A DNA stretch of 64,000 bases from the sequence record OQ174501.1, one strand, 5' to 3'. Below, piece after piece: positions 46,840-57,865 of this stretch. The DNA comes from Escherichia phage REP2. The stretch's first letter is position 1. Each line of letters starts with the position of its first letter. The position numbers were made by a program, and so were the translations under genes. Under the pieces are notes generated by a model. That model was not told the DNA's origin, ran no database searches, and saw only the letters and a list, made by a program, of their open reading frames with translations.

Positions 46840-49785
46840 TTAGAATTTAAAATATTTACTAATTTTGCGAGCAATTTTAGTAAAGAAAGGAGTTTTCAAT
46901 TCTTTAATTTCTTCACTCATTTCCTGAATAGCCTTAATTAAAAGAGCATTCACAGCAGAGTTAGAAATTGTCAGAACATCAGATCCATCAACTTCAACTT
47001 TAGATACAGCTTCCGGTAATTCCTTTTCAAGGTCCTGAGCAATAATACCAACTTCACGTTTAATAACGCTACGGTCTTTAATAGACTTAACTTTATCGTA
47101 AATATAAACTTTCAGTCGGCATACTTTTTCGACTGCTCCATATTCTAATTCTTCTTTATTAATCTTGAGACGGGAGTCAGAACGAATATACACATCGCTA
47201 AAGCTACCATTTCCTGGTGTATAAAAGAATCCATCATGATGGAATTCAAACACAGCTTGTGGGTGTCCAGCATCAGGAGAAGCCTCCGTGGATCCGACAC
47301 GAATGATTGCTTGCCCCCACTGTGATGGAATACGACGCATACCAAAGTCAACAGCGGTGCTATATCCTTGATTGGTTATAACGCTTCTTGCTTTAAGAAT
47401 AGGATAATAACAATCCTGTGAAACATAACCATGATCAACGAATAATGGAGCTTCTACTCGCCATTGGTTGCCCCAATCACCCGGTTGTCTAGCAATCCAT
47501 CCAGAACCGTTAATGTGTACACGGTCGCGGTTAACGTTAACCATTGCGGTATTTTGCGGGTTTAACGCAATCTCACCATTGTTTGTGATATGTACTGCCG
47601 CCTGAGAAGCATAGCTATAAAATGCTAGCGAATTATCAGCACCACCCTTGCCAATATACCAGTTACCAGTCCCGTCTATGTCACCGCGAATATGCAAAGA
47701 ATTACTAGCAGTTGTTGATAATACAATAGAATCATTAGGTGCATTGATTGTTAACCGACCTGTCATCGTATCACCGCCTTTACCTACGCGAGTATTCAAG
47801 GCAGCATCTAAATTTGTCGCATTGTTATATTTCTTCCAGATTGAACCGGCAATATTACCATCTGTATTAAGGAACGCATCACCGACATATACACGTCCTG
47901 GAGATTTAAAATAACCTGACGGCATGAAAGTCCATTGTTTTAACCCATCTGCTGTTCCATTAGCGGATAAATCACCCTGAGCAATGATCTTATATTCGGA
48001 TGTACCTATAGCCATACCAGTGGCAAAGGTGATATTACTTACAGTATTTTTCTGTTTAACAATTGGCGCAAACTGGTTTTTATTTGAATCGTCAATAGCC
48101 TGATATAATGGCGCAATGGTAGTATTCTGATTTGCGTAAGTATTAGAACCAGAACCGCTAGCAGGGGCTTGAATATATGCTCCTGGAGCAAGTGAAATTT
48201 TCTGATTAGCACCAAGATTAACAGCAGCAGTGATATTCAGCAATCCCCTAAAGTTTTGTTGAGCAGTCCAAGTATGTGATCCGTCTTCAAGAACAACACG
48301 GCGACAAGTATTAGTCCTACTTCCTGGATTACCAGCGATACGAACAACGAAATAACGGTAGTTTGTCTGGGATACAGTACCGCGCCAAACCTGAACAGTA
48401 CGCCCTGTGCCAGTGTGTTCGCTAGGACCAACGGAAAACATAACCAAGTTTCCGTCAATCGTCCCCCAATCCATATTTGCTGGCATGTTCTTTATTTTGT
48501 TCAAAGGAACGCTAAACATACTACCAGGAACAAAATCAAAGGTTTGCCAATCTAACTCCGCTAATTGAGCTTTAATACCACCCATACCCAAAGTAATTGG
48601 CAGAGAGTAAGATGTATATACTTCGTTCCATGCACCCCACGCACCACCAGTATATGCACGCTCAAAAATACGTCCGCGAGTAGTTGCGCCTGTTCCGGCA
48701 GTAGTAAATTTTTGGAAAATAGCACCACCAGAAGCACGCTGTTTAACTTCCAGCAAACCAACAATAACAGGCGGCAAACCTTCACCTGTAGGGCAGTTAA
48801 TAACGGCATCGGTGCCTAAAATATTATATAACCCAGGAGTTTTAAAATCATTAAGGTCACCATCATAGAAAGTCGCTGGTGTGCCATGACCAACCTGCTT
48901 CCATTCCTCCCACTTAGGTGCACTAGCATCCCATGCAGCAGCGAGACAACGAGTATAAACCATACCCATGCGGGTAGTATAACGCTGAGTTCTCGTGTAT
49001 AAACCACCTTCAAATATTTCTAAAAATCCTTGTGCGGCTGATCCTTCTTCTGGATAATGGCGATCAAATGATGCGATTGCGCTTGAACTGTTTCGCCATA
49101 AGCCACAATGTTCTAATTCTCCCAAGCTATCAAGGTCAATCGTTTGTGAAAGTGGACGAGTTGACGCTTGAACATTACGCCACACACCCCATGGACCATC
49201 GACGCCATTCCATTTAGCAGATAAGGAACGAATATAGACGTTACCAGATCTTACAGTATAACGCTGAGTGCCAGCAAATTGGCCGGCCACAAACACTTCT
49301 AGTACACCTACGGCATTTTCTTCTGGGAATTTATTTGCTGGTTGCGCATTTGTTGAAGTAGATTTCGACCAAACACCAAGATATTCTTCAATGGGCCCAT
49401 ACGTATCTAAATTAGCATCAGTAGGTAATTCGCCATTATTTTTTATAAATGTTGTGCTATTGACATTTATGTCAGATGGAGTTAAGGTAATGTCTTTTGA
49501 CCCATCAAAAGATATACCATTAATTTTCCTAGGTGTTTGCAATTTAGTAGCTGTGCTAGAATTTCCAATTAAAGTTCCAGTTATATTTTCTGTAACCTCT
49601 AAAGACCCATTTATAGTTCCTCCATATTTTAAACCTAATTCTATAACACTACCTGAGTCATCTTTTGTGAAAATTGTTTTATCTTTTAAGTTTATAGCCA
49701 ATTCACCTTCGGCTAATACTGAAGCAGCAGGACGTTGACCTGCAGTTTTGCTTCTTTTAAATTGTATTTGTTTTAAAGTAGCCAT
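46840..49785 (-). CDS. 37: long tail fibre distal subunit gp37
   Basis: 981 aa fibrous protein between genes 36 and 38. Confidence 0.85.
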   Translation of the reverse strand: MATLKQIQFKRSKTAGQRPAASVLAEGELAINLKDKTIFTKDDSGSVIELGLKYGGTINGSLEVTENITGTLIGNSSTATKLQTPRKINGISFDGSKDITLTPSDINVNSTTFIKNNGELPTDANLDTYGPIEEYLGVWSKSTSTNAQPANKFPEENAVGVLEVFVAGQFAGTQRYTVRSGNVYIRSLSAKWNGVDGPWGVWRNVQASTRPLSQTIDLDSLGELEHCGLWRNSSSAIASFDRHYPEEGSAAQGFLEIFEGGLYTRTQRYTTRMGMVYTRCLAAAWDASAPKWEEWKQVGHGTPATFYDGDLNDFKTPGLYNILGTDAVINCPTGEGLPPVIVGLLEVKQRASGGAIFQKFTTAGTGATTRGRIFERAYTGGAWGAWNEVYTSYSLPITLGMGGIKAQLAELDWQTFDFVPGSMFSVPLNKIKNMPANMDWGTIDGNLVMFSVGPSEHTGTGRTVQVWRGTVSQTNYRYFVVRIAGNPGSRTNTCRRVVLEDGSHTWTAQQNFRGLLNITAAVNLGANQKISLAPGAYIQAPASGSGSNTYANQNTTIAPLYQAIDDSNKNQFAPIVKQKNTVSNITFATGMAIGTSEYKIIAQGDLSANGTADGLKQWTFMPSGYFKSPGRVYVGDAFLNTDGNIAGSIWKKYNNATNLDAALNTRVGKGGDTMTGRLTINAPNDSIVLSTTASNSLHIRGDIDGTGNWYIGKGGADNSLAFYSYASQAAVHITNNGEIALNPQNTAMVNVNRDRVHINGSGWIARQPGDWGNQWRVEAPLFVDHGYVSQDCYYPILKARSVITNQGYSTAVDFGMRRIPSQWGQAIIRVGSTEASPDAGHPQAVFEFHHDGFFYTPGNGSFSDVYIRSDSRLKINKEELEYGAVEKVCRLKVYIYDKVKSIKDRSVIKREVGIIAQDLEKELPEAVSKVEVDGSDVLTISNSAVNALLIKAIQEMSEEIKELKTPFFTKIARKISKYFKF

Positions 49786-49793
49786 AAGTCCTC

Positions 49794-50444
49794 TTAATAA
49801 TAGCCGAAATCTTGAACAGAATCCTTAATTACGATTTGGTCAAATCGTGGAACGTGTGAAGGTTGAGATGCAGGATTCTGTGAAAAAAGGTTTGGCGCAG
49901 TTAAATTTCCTGTCATAGTGTCTCCAGAGCGTAATACCCTAGAGTTTGCATTTGTTGTAACAGTATTTATTGCTCCATCAACATAATCTTTACGAGTAAC
50001 ATCAGATGCTGCGGAAGGAGTAGATGTAACAGTTACAGATGGAGCCGTTACAGCCCTGGTAAATGTTGTCAAACCTTCTGGTGTAATAGTAATTTGTCCA
50101 GTAGTGATTTCACTACCTGCAGGTCTAAAACTAATACCGCCGGAAGAGCCACCAACTACAAGAGTATTACCGGTACCGCCACCAGAACGAATTCGAATGG
50201 GGGTTTCATTATTACTTAATTGAAGATAACTATTTACCCCGTAATTAATAGTAATTGGACCGGTGTAAGTACCACCATTAGCTTTAGAAACGAAATCGTT
50301 ATCAGCTGCCTGCGGTTTATTATATTCTGAATATATTTTAAATGATTTGTAGAGTACATCGTCACCGGCTGAATTCAATGGAAAATTTCCTTGATGCCAA
50401 ATGACAGATCCACCTACAGTTGAACCTACTTTTAAATCAGCCAT
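49794..50444 (-). CDS. 36: long tail fibre subunit gp36
   Basis: 216 aa; position between genes 35 and 37. Confidence 0.8.
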   Translation of the reverse strand: MADLKVGSTVGGSVIWHQGNFPLNSAGDDVLYKSFKIYSEYNKPQAADNDFVSKANGGTYTGPITINYGVNSYLQLSNNETPIRIRSGGGTGNTLVVGGSSGGISFRPAGSEITTGQITITPEGLTTFTRAVTAPSVTVTSTPSAASDVTRKDYVDGAINTVTTNANSRVLRSGDTMTGNLTAPNLFSQNPASQPSHVPRFDQIVIKDSVQDFGYY

Positions 50445-50467
50445 TATATGCCCCTTTATTTTAATAT

Positions 50468-50475
50468 TATTTATA
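50468..50475 (-). promoter_or_regulatory. late promoter (TATAAATA on minus strand) for genes 36-37-38
   Basis: plus-strand tatttata; 23 nt upstream of the gene 36 ATG. Confidence 0.55.
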
Positions 50476-50482
50476 AAGAAAA

Positions 50483-50501
50483 AGGGAACCCGAAGGCTCC
50501 C
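50483..50501 (-). terminator. rho-independent terminator after gene 35 (minus strand GGGAGCC-UUCG-GGUUCCC plus U-run)
   Basis: plus-strand gggaacccgaaggctccc preceded by aaaaag. Confidence 0.55.
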
Positions 50502-50506
50502 TCAGT

Positions 50507-51622
50507 TTAAACTTCTCTAAATTCTTGCCCAAACACTTTGCCAGTTTTAGAAGAGGCTTGTGTAGGAAGTACCATTATATCTGGAGGTGAAGCCGATTCG
50601 CAGACATAATTAACGCGAATACCGTTGACGCCAAATTCGGCAGGTTTTGAAATGCCGCCATTTCTTGATACTTCAGAAAAGCTTAAATTTCTCATGCCGC
50701 CTTGACCTGCTTGGGCAGTTCTTTGTGCATATATCGTAAATCCTACTGCATTTTCAGGAACAACTACATAATCTTCTTTTAATTCCCAAGACCCAGCTTG
50801 CCCAGTAAACTCAGCTTGGGTCGAGGAAATATATCCATTTGATGCATCATAAAAACGAATAGATATATTTGTAGTTCCAAGATCAAGTAAATCAGCATCA
50901 GCATATAGTTGTGCTTTAAGATAAAGAACATCACCAGGAATTAAATTGTAGTCAGAAAGTTTACTTATAGCAGCTGAAGTTGGCAATCGCGCAATTTCAT
51001 TATTAGTTCCTCCAACCGCAGACATAAATTGCTCAACGCTTTCGTATGTTCTTTTAGGAAATCCTGTAGCTCCGACGTCTTCTAAACTATCAAATACAAC
51101 ATCTAAAATAGTTTGATAATCATCTGTGCTTTTTCTATTACTTAGTTTAACATGCTCTAATGCAATAGCTCTTTTAGAAGAAGTATAAAAAGCAGCATAT
51201 GACACGTCAAATCTTGACAATACTGAATCTGATGGAAAAACTGAAGTTCCTGCTCCCCTTAACCAAGATACCACTTCAGGAGGAAAATTAACCTTTCCGC
51301 TAGTTAATATAGCAACAAGTCTATTGTTTGACAAAGAATTCATGAAACTGACAAAAGCGGCAGATGTTGTATTGTTTGAAGCAGAAAAAGCATATGACTT
51401 GCTATCAACTAATGCTCCCGTAGAAGGGTCAAAAACTCTTAAATGAAGACCTGCACTAAATGTTTGATTTCCAACGGGATTATCCTGAAATTTAACATAT
51501 GGTCCCGCAGTAGAAAGCGGGCAAGAACCCGCTATGCTTATTTTATATCTTACTGAATTGCTTTCCGATAAAAATGGCGTTTGGACATATCCTTGTCCAA
51601 ACTCTGCCATAAATTTTTCCAT
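50507..51622 (-). CDS. 35: long tail fibre hinge protein gp35
   Basis: 371 aa; position between genes 34 and 36. Confidence 0.8.
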   Translation of the reverse strand: MEKFMAEFGQGYVQTPFLSESNSVRYKISIAGSCPLSTAGPYVKFQDNPVGNQTFSAGLHLRVFDPSTGALVDSKSYAFSASNNTTSAAFVSFMNSLSNNRLVAILTSGKVNFPPEVVSWLRGAGTSVFPSDSVLSRFDVSYAAFYTSSKRAIALEHVKLSNRKSTDDYQTILDVVFDSLEDVGATGFPKRTYESVEQFMSAVGGTNNEIARLPTSAAISKLSDYNLIPGDVLYLKAQLYADADLLDLGTTNISIRFYDASNGYISSTQAEFTGQAGSWELKEDYVVVPENAVGFTIYAQRTAQAGQGGMRNLSFSEVSRNGGISKPAEFGVNGIRVNYVCESASPPDIMVLPTQASSKTGKVFGQEFREV

Positions 51623-51630
51623 AATACCTC

Positions 51631-54600
51631 TTATTCAATCCACTCAAATTTAACAGTTTTATTCACTGGGTCAGGAATAATGCGAACATTACCAATTCGC
51701 AAGAAATCGCGAATAGTAAGATTACCTATTATTCCATTATCAGATGGGATCGCTCCTATATCTGAAGGTTGAGGAGGGTTACCTCCGTCAAATACCTGAA
51801 CAAAACTTGACCAAGAGTTTTTGGTTTTCTGCCATGTACGTGTCCAGCGAGTGGTACGTGCTTCTGGGGTCGTTGGATAAGTAATCCAATCTTGGTAAAG
51901 TGAATCAAGTGTGTTACCAAACTGAGTCAATGTACCAGGAGATTTAACTTCTTCACCACGTTCTAAGTATGGAAGTCCAGTCACTTCATTAGTTTTTTCA
52001 ACCATTTTAAAATAACCCGGGAACTGGTTATAAGTGGCTGAATCATTAATATCGATTGACCAGAATCCTACTGTATCAGATGTTGGCGCACGGGTATATA
52101 AATCAGAGGTTTTAGTACCCTGAGAACGAATTCTCGAGTTAACAGTCAAACCACCCGAACTTATAGTAGCACCTTTTGCAATGATTAAGCTTTCACCAAT
52201 CGTTACTTGGCCAGATGCATTATTAATAGCTAAAGGACGCAATCCATTAAATCCGCCAGTCTGATCACCCGATGCAGTAAGCATAAAATTCGTTACTGAC
52301 CCGTCATTGCGAACAATGAAACCATAATTTCCGCTAATAGCACGGAAAGCATTTGCGCTTCGAGAAATAATTTCACCAGTTGCAGTGACTGAATTACCAA
52401 ATGTTGCTACACCATTTGCATTCAATGTTCCTGAAGCATTAACATTTATCGGTGTTACTGTACCGTTGATATTAAATGTTATATTTCCAGCTTTATTACG
52501 CTGAGAATAAAAATGACTAGACGTTTCATCACTAACTTCAAATACGGTAGAACGTGTTGTGTCTGATTCCCCACTAAATTGATTTCCCCACACTCTGACT
52601 GTCATCGTTTGAGCTGGGTTTGTTCCAGTTTGAGGTCCTTTCTCAAAAATCAGACGAGTTGCCGTTCCAGTATTAGAAATAGTTAATGTACTATTTGCTG
52701 AAACTGATCCACCGAATGTAGCAGTACTAGATGATACAAGAGGGGCACTCAGATTCGTTTGTTGGGTTAAGGTTAGTGAACCATTAACTGTTTGTGCAAT
52801 ATCCCTACGAATGAACTGGAGCGAATCTAGACCATCTAATAAATTACTATCTACAGCTTTTGCTTTTAATGGCAAATAATTTGCTAATACGCGATTTAAT
52901 TCATATGGTGATACTGCATAACCATTTTTCTCATATGATTCTAATGGCTGTGTTGAACCTACCGTATCATTACCAACGAATGTAATTGAACCAGATGAAG
53001 TTTTAACAAAACCTCTTATCGCAGTAGTCGCTGCCCAAGTAGGTTCACTCTGCACAATCCATTTTAAATTTTTTGGAGATACAGCAGTATTTGCTGACGT
53101 TCCAGCTACAGTTTCAGACCGAGTTGCAACTTTAATAACGCCTTCCTGTGCTTCAGTAGATTTAGTACCTAAAAGCTTTTTAGGAGTTATTAGAACATTA
53201 TCTAATGTTCCTGCAGCAGCTTCAACTTGTGTAGCTACACGAAGTGTACCACGCTGTGTCTCATTTGCTTCAAGAATATTAAGGGTATAATGGTCCCAGA
53301 GAGTTCCTGATTCAACTAATCCAGATAGAGCAACAACAGAAGTACGATCAGTACTATTAAATCTGGTTTTAATTTTTAATGGTGTAGAGATACGAGTATC
53401 GTCGACGCCTGCGTCGAATTCAACCTGTGTAGCAATTTCAGCTATACCACTTAAACTTTCAGTTGCTCTACGGTCATTTAAAGTTTTAGGAGTGACTGCA
53501 CGAGTATAATCAGTTCCTGTATTAACTTCACTTTGTGTAGCAATTTCAATTAAACCAATTCTTGCATCAGTTGATGTCTTTTTATGTAACGTTTCTGGCG
53601 TTACAACCGCATTTGCCCATCCTTCTTGGCTTTGTCCAGCAATTACTTCACTTTCAACTGCTAAAATTACTGCGCCTTGTTGCGTTGGAGTAGCTTTATA
53701 CTGATCCAAAGCTTTAGGTGAAACAACTAAATTATTAGTGTTTTTATTATAAACATTCGTACCATTTAATTCACGACTAGAAGCTGGAGTAGCTCCTGCG
53801 GTAGATACAAAAGTTACAATACCAGATAATGATTCAGAACCTTGACGAGCTTGAAGCTTTTTAGGAGTGATGATTGTAGTATCATCAGTACCTGTATTAG
53901 TTTCCTGCTGCGTAGCAATTTCAGCGACACCTCTACGAGTTTCTGTAGCAGTTCTTTCATTCAGCTTTTTAGGAGTGATGATAAGGTCATCTGCAAAAGA
54001 GAATGTAGTGTTCTGATTTACTTGAGCAGTAGTTGCTATTCTTGCAATACCTCTGCGAGTTTCAGTAGCAGTACGATTAGCTAACGTTTCTGGAGTAATT
54101 GCCAATTCTTTTTGCGGAGAATTTTCTAAATCAGCATTTGCTTGAGCTTGTGTAGCTAAAGCAATTACGCCTAATCTTGCTCTAGTAGAATTATTTAAAG
54201 AATCGACTCTTTCAACTGTTGGAACGTTTTGCTGTACAACCCAGTATTTTCCATCAGAATCTTCTATATAAGCAAGTTGCAAAACTGGTACATAATTAGT
54301 TTCACCATTAAAAACTAATTCTTGAACTGTTACCCATTCAGCTTCAGGCGGATATTCTGAACGTTTTGGAAATTGCAGCAATTGAACTGAAGAAGCAATT
54401 TTATCTTCACCGGCAGCTTTGATTTTAACTGTTTGTCCTTTTCTCATATAATTCATGGAAATCTTAACAGTATCACCGATAGAAATATCAGTTGGAAGCT
54501 GAAGTTCAATCGTTTGAGTTGTTCCATTATTCGCGCCAAATACCATGACTTCTTCATTTGGACGAATATTAGAATTAGTCGTTATAATGCGTAAACGTGC

Positions 54601-55500
54601 TTTACTATCCCCGTCAAACAATCTCCACAATTTCTCATTATCATCAAACATCAAGAAACCATCAATAGATGTACGACCTTCAATGGAATGAGTTCCAACT
54701 TCTTGTACAGAAGTAGTTTCATCGTATGTAGTAACGATAGTATGATATAACGGATTTAATTTATCTAAATCAACGAAATTAATGATATCTCCATGATTGG
54801 CAAATCTTGGAAGTTTAACATTAATCGGTGCGGCAGAAGTAAATCTACGTACGATAAAATCATTAGATTGTGCTTGATATGCAGTCGATGGAGTAACAAT
54901 TGCAGCTTCTCTGCTATAATCAGCAATATACATTTGCCACAAACGGTTATTAAAAATGAATACCATCTGTGACTTTGGATGAGTCATTAAAACTGAACGT
55001 ACTTGTTCACCTCTAAAATTGACAATACTCTGATTTGAAGAATTTATTTTAACCTGATTTATGCCAGGTTTTCCACCGATATCTTGAATTATTACGGTTT
55101 CTCCATCAAGCGGAGAAGGTGGTAAAGTAAACTCAATGTCATTGCCAACTGATGTATCTACTGAAATTGCTTCTCCAGATTTTAATTGATATGGTCCAGA
55201 TGATACAGTTGTATATACAGCATCAGTACGTAATGCTTTCCAACGAATTCTATTAAAATTTCCAGCAGGTTTTGGAATATTATCCGTTGCTGCCCAAAAA
55301 CGATTATTATAAATGATTACAAAATCTTTTAAATATCCACGAGTTGGATCATATTGCTGAACTGTGTTTTCTTGAATTAAGTAATCAACGTTAACACCGT
55401 CAGTTCCTACGGTACGATCAGCTAAAGCTACGTTGATTATTTTATCGCCACCTGCGTCCAGACCATCTTCTGCTCTGAACTTTCTTTTAATCTCGGCCAT
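51631..55500 (-). CDS. 34: long tail fibre proximal subunit gp34
   Basis: 1289 aa fibrous protein with internal tandem repeats. Confidence 0.85.
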   Translation of the reverse strand: MAEIKRKFRAEDGLDAGGDKIINVALADRTVGTDGVNVDYLIQENTVQQYDPTRGYLKDFVIIYNNRFWAATDNIPKPAGNFNRIRWKALRTDAVYTTVSSGPYQLKSGEAISVDTSVGNDIEFTLPPSPLDGETVIIQDIGGKPGINQVKINSSNQSIVNFRGEQVRSVLMTHPKSQMVFIFNNRLWQMYIADYSREAAIVTPSTAYQAQSNDFIVRRFTSAAPINVKLPRFANHGDIINFVDLDKLNPLYHTIVTTYDETTSVQEVGTHSIEGRTSIDGFLMFDDNEKLWRLFDGDSKARLRIITTNSNIRPNEEVMVFGANNGTTQTIELQLPTDISIGDTVKISMNYMRKGQTVKIKAAGEDKIASSVQLLQFPKRSEYPPEAEWVTVQELVFNGETNYVPVLQLAYIEDSDGKYWVVQQNVPTVERVDSLNNSTRARLGVIALATQAQANADLENSPQKELAITPETLANRTATETRRGIARIATTAQVNQNTTFSFADDLIITPKKLNERTATETRRGVAEIATQQETNTGTDDTTIITPKKLQARQGSESLSGIVTFVSTAGATPASSRELNGTNVYNKNTNNLVVSPKALDQYKATPTQQGAVILAVESEVIAGQSQEGWANAVVTPETLHKKTSTDARIGLIEIATQSEVNTGTDYTRAVTPKTLNDRRATESLSGIAEIATQVEFDAGVDDTRISTPLKIKTRFNSTDRTSVVALSGLVESGTLWDHYTLNILEANETQRGTLRVATQVEAAAGTLDNVLITPKKLLGTKSTEAQEGVIKVATRSETVAGTSANTAVSPKNLKWIVQSEPTWAATTAIRGFVKTSSGSITFVGNDTVGSTQPLESYEKNGYAVSPYELNRVLANYLPLKAKAVDSNLLDGLDSLQFIRRDIAQTVNGSLTLTQQTNLSAPLVSSSTATFGGSVSANSTLTISNTGTATRLIFEKGPQTGTNPAQTMTVRVWGNQFSGESDTTRSTVFEVSDETSSHFYSQRNKAGNITFNINGTVTPINVNASGTLNANGVATFGNSVTATGEIISRSANAFRAISGNYGFIVRNDGSVTNFMLTASGDQTGGFNGLRPLAINNASGQVTIGESLIIAKGATISSGGLTVNSRIRSQGTKTSDLYTRAPTSDTVGFWSIDINDSATYNQFPGYFKMVEKTNEVTGLPYLERGEEVKSPGTLTQFGNTLDSLYQDWITYPTTPEARTTRWTRTWQKTKNSWSSFVQVFDGGNPPQPSDIGAIPSDNGIIGNLTIRDFLRIGNVRIIPDPVNKTVKFEWIE
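53056..54189 (-). repeat. intragenic tandem repeats of about 30-40 aa in gp34 (ITPKKL...TETRRG...IATQ units)
   Basis: at least seven degenerate copies between about aa 438 and 815. Confidence 0.55.
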
Positions 55501-55534
55501 TCTCCCGGGCTCCTATTGTGTTTTCAATAATAAG

Positions 55535-55542
55535 TATTTATA
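55535..55542 (-). promoter_or_regulatory. late promoter (TATAAATA on minus strand) for gene 34
   Basis: plus-strand tatttata, 35-42 nt upstream of the gene 34 ATG. Confidence 0.55.
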
Positions 55543-55545
55543 CCT

Positions 55546-55575
55546 GTTTACTTTAAGATTTAGATAGTATATAAT
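55546..55575 (+). promoter_or_regulatory. T4-type early promoter for rnh
   Basis: gtttac, 18-bp spacer, tataat. Confidence 0.5.
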
Positions 55576-55604
55576 AGAAATCTCACTAATTGAACGAGGT
55601 TCAT

Positions 55605-56522
55605 ATGGATTTAGAAATGATGCTGGATGAAGATTACAAAGAAGGAATTTGCTTTATTGACTTTAGTCAAATTGCTCTTTCAACTGCTCTGGTAAACTTC
55701 CCAGATAAAGAAAAAATTAATTTATCGATGGTTCGTCATTTGATATTGAACTCAATTAAGTTTAATGTCAAAAAAGCAAAAACGCTTGGATACACTAAAA
55801 TTGTACTGTGTATTGATAACGCGAAATCTGGATATTGGCGTCGTGATTTCGCTTATTATTATAAGAAAAACCGTGGAAAAGCACGAGAAGAATCTACTTG
55901 GGACTGGGAAGGTTATTTTGAATCCAGTCATAAAGTTATAGATGAATTGAAAGCTTATATGCCATACATTGTTATGGATATTGATAAGTATGAAGCAGAT
56001 GACCACATTGCTGTTCTTGTTAAAAAGTTCTCTTTAGAAGGACACAAGATTTTAATCATTTCATCGGATGGTGACTTTACTCAACTTCACAAATATCCAA
56101 ATGTTAAGCAATGGTCACCGATGCACAAGAAATGGGTTAAAATTAAAAGCGGTTCTGCTGAAATTGACTGTATGACTAAAATCCTTAAGGGCGACAAAAA
56201 GGATAACGTTGCTTCGGTTAAAGTACGATCTGATTTTTGGTTTACCAGAGTTGAAGGTGAACGAACTCCTTCAATGAAAACTTCAATAGTTGAAGCTATT
56301 GCTAATGACCGTGAGCAAGCTAAGGTGCTTCTCTCAGAATCTGAGTATAATCGTTATAAAGAAAATTTAGTTCTAATTGATTTTGATTATATTCCTGATA
56401 ATATTGCTTCAAACATTGTGAATTACTATAATTCATATAAATTACCACCGCGTGGCAAAATTTATTCATATTTTGTAAAAGCGGGTCTTTCTAAATTAAC
56501 TAATAGCATTAATGAATTTTGA
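55605..56522 (+). CDS. rnh: RNase H (5'-3' exonuclease, FEN family)
   Basis: 305 aa from the ATG at 55605; FEN-type acidic clusters (CIDNAK, DDHIAV, SSDGD). Confidence 0.9.
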   Translation: MDLEMMLDEDYKEGICFIDFSQIALSTALVNFPDKEKINLSMVRHLILNSIKFNVKKAKTLGYTKIVLCIDNAKSGYWRRDFAYYYKKNRGKAREESTWDWEGYFESSHKVIDELKAYMPYIVMDIDKYEADDHIAVLVKKFSLEGHKILIISSDGDFTQLHKYPNVKQWSPMHKKWVKIKSGSAEIDCMTKILKGDKKDNVASVKVRSDFWFTRVEGERTPSMKTSIVEAIANDREQAKVLLSESEYNRYKENLVLIDFDYIPDNIASNIVNYYNSYKLPPRGKIYSYFVKAGLSKLTNSINEF

Positions 56523-56530
56523 GGTGAATA

Positions 56531-56800
56531 ATGGCTAAAAAAGAAATGGTTGAATTTGATGAAGCTATCCATGGCGAAGACTTGGCTAAATTTATTAAAG
56601 AAGCATCTGATCATAAACTGAAAATTTCCGGTTATAATGAACTGATTAAAGATATTCGAATTCGTGCCAAAGATGAACTTGGCGTTGATGGTAAGATGTT
56701 TAATCGTCTATTAGCTTTGTATCATAAAGATAACCGTGATGTGTTTGAAGCTGAAACTGAAGAGGTAGTTGAACTTTATGACACAGTTTTCTCTAAATGA
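56531..56800 (+). CDS. dsbA: DsbA (double-stranded DNA binding protein)
   Basis: 89 aa; position between rnh and gene 33. Confidence 0.6.
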   Translation: MAKKEMVEFDEAIHGEDLAKFIKEASDHKLKISGYNELIKDIRIRAKDELGVDGKMFNRLLALYHKDNRDVFEAETEEVVELYDTVFSK

Positions 56801-57116
56801 TATTCGTCCGGTCGATGAGACCGGTCTTTCAGAAAAAGAACTTTCAATTAAGAAAGAAAAGGATGAAATTGCAAAGCTTCTTGACCGTCAAGAAAACGGA
56901 TTTATTATTGAAAAAATGGTAGAAGAGTTTGGAATGAGTTATCTTGAAGCTACGACAGCATTCTTGGAAGAAAACTCTATTCCTGAAACTCAATTTGCTA
57001 AATTTATTCCTTCGGGGATAATTGAAAAAATCCAGTCAGAAGCTATTGACGAAAATCTTTTACGTCCTTCTGTTGTTCGTTGTGAAAAAACTAATACATT
57101 AGATTTTCTACTATGA
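56778..57116 (+). CDS. 33: late transcription co-activator gp33
   Basis: 112 aa from the ATG at 56778; position upstream of gene 59. Confidence 0.7.
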   Translation: MTQFSLNDIRPVDETGLSEKELSIKKEKDEIAKLLDRQENGFIIEKMVEEFGMSYLEATTAFLEENSIPETQFAKFIPSGIIEKIQSEAIDENLLRPSVVRCEKTNTLDFLL

Positions 57117-57766
57117 TTAAACTCCGCATGCCTGCTGGTGGTGAAAGATATATTGATGGTAAATCAGTTTATAAATTATACTTAATGATAAAACAACATA
57201 TGAATGGAAAGTATGATGTAATTAAGTATAATTGGTGCATGCGGGTGTCTGATGCCGCTTATCAAAAGCGAAGGGATAAGTATTTTTTCCAGAAGTTATC
57301 AGAAAAATATAAATTAAAGGAACTTGCTTTAATCTTTATAAGCAATCTGGTTGCTAACCAAGATGCTTGGATTGGTGACATCTCTGACGCTGATGCACTT
57401 GTGTTTTATCGTGAATATATCGGACGCTTAAAGCAAATTAAATTTAAGTTTGAAGAAGATATTCGCAACATTTATTATTTTAGTAAAAAAGTTGAAGTTT
57501 CTGCTTTTAAAGAAATCTTTGAGTATAATCCAAAAGTTCAGTCGAGTTATATTTTTAAACTACTTCAATCGAATATAATTTCGTTTGAGACGTTTATCTT
57601 GCTTGATTCGTTTTTAAATATAATCGATAAACATGATGAACAGACTGATAATTTAGTTTGGAACAATTATTCTATAAAGTTAAAAGCTTATAGAAAAATT
57701 TTAAATATTGATTCACAGAAAGCTAAAAATGTTTTCATTGAAACTGTGAAATCTTGCAAGTATTAA
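57113..57766 (+). CDS. 59: helicase loader gp59
   Basis: 217 aa; immediately upstream of gene 32. Confidence 0.85.
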   Translation: MIKLRMPAGGERYIDGKSVYKLYLMIKQHMNGKYDVIKYNWCMRVSDAAYQKRRDKYFFQKLSEKYKLKELALIFISNLVANQDAWIGDISDADALVFYREYIGRLKQIKFKFEEDIRNIYYFSKKVEVSAFKEIFEYNPKVQSSYIFKLLQSNIISFETFILLDSFLNIIDKHDEQTDNLVWNNYSIKLKAYRKILNIDSQKAKNVFIETVKSCKY

Positions 57767-57791
57767 TTGCTTATTATAAATAGATTATAAT
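57765..57791 (+). promoter_or_regulatory. middle-mode promoter-like element for gene 32 (MotA-box-like TTGCTTA plus TATAAT)
   Basis: ttgctta at 57767-57773 and tataat at 57786-57791. Confidence 0.35.
57775..57782 (+). promoter_or_regulatory. late promoter (TATAAATA) upstream of gene 32
   Basis: exact TATAAATA. Confidence 0.5.
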
Positions 57792-57799
57792 TATCTCAC

Positions 57800-57865
57800 T
57801 GACCAGCTATGAGGTCATACATCGTCATAGCACCAACTGTTAATTAAATTAAAAAGGAAATAAAA
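57800..57865 (+). promoter_or_regulatory. gene 32 autoregulatory translational operator: H-type RNA pseudoknot followed by unstructured AU-rich leader
   Basis: stem1 TGACC/GGTCA (57800-04 / 57813-17) interleaved with stem2 GCTATG/CATAGC (57806-11 / 57826-31), then ttaattaaattaaaaaggaaataaaa before the ATG. Confidence 0.7.

Noticed and set aside
47145-49738. Multiple alternative-frame or antisense ORFs within gene 37 (for example 47648-47914, 48565-48819, 49268-49738)
   Set aside because: Lie entirely within the long minus-strand tail fibre gene and lack start context
53842-54084. Plus-strand ORF inside gene 34
   Set aside because: Antisense to the gp34 repeat region; Ser/Cys-rich translation reflects mirror-strand codon bias
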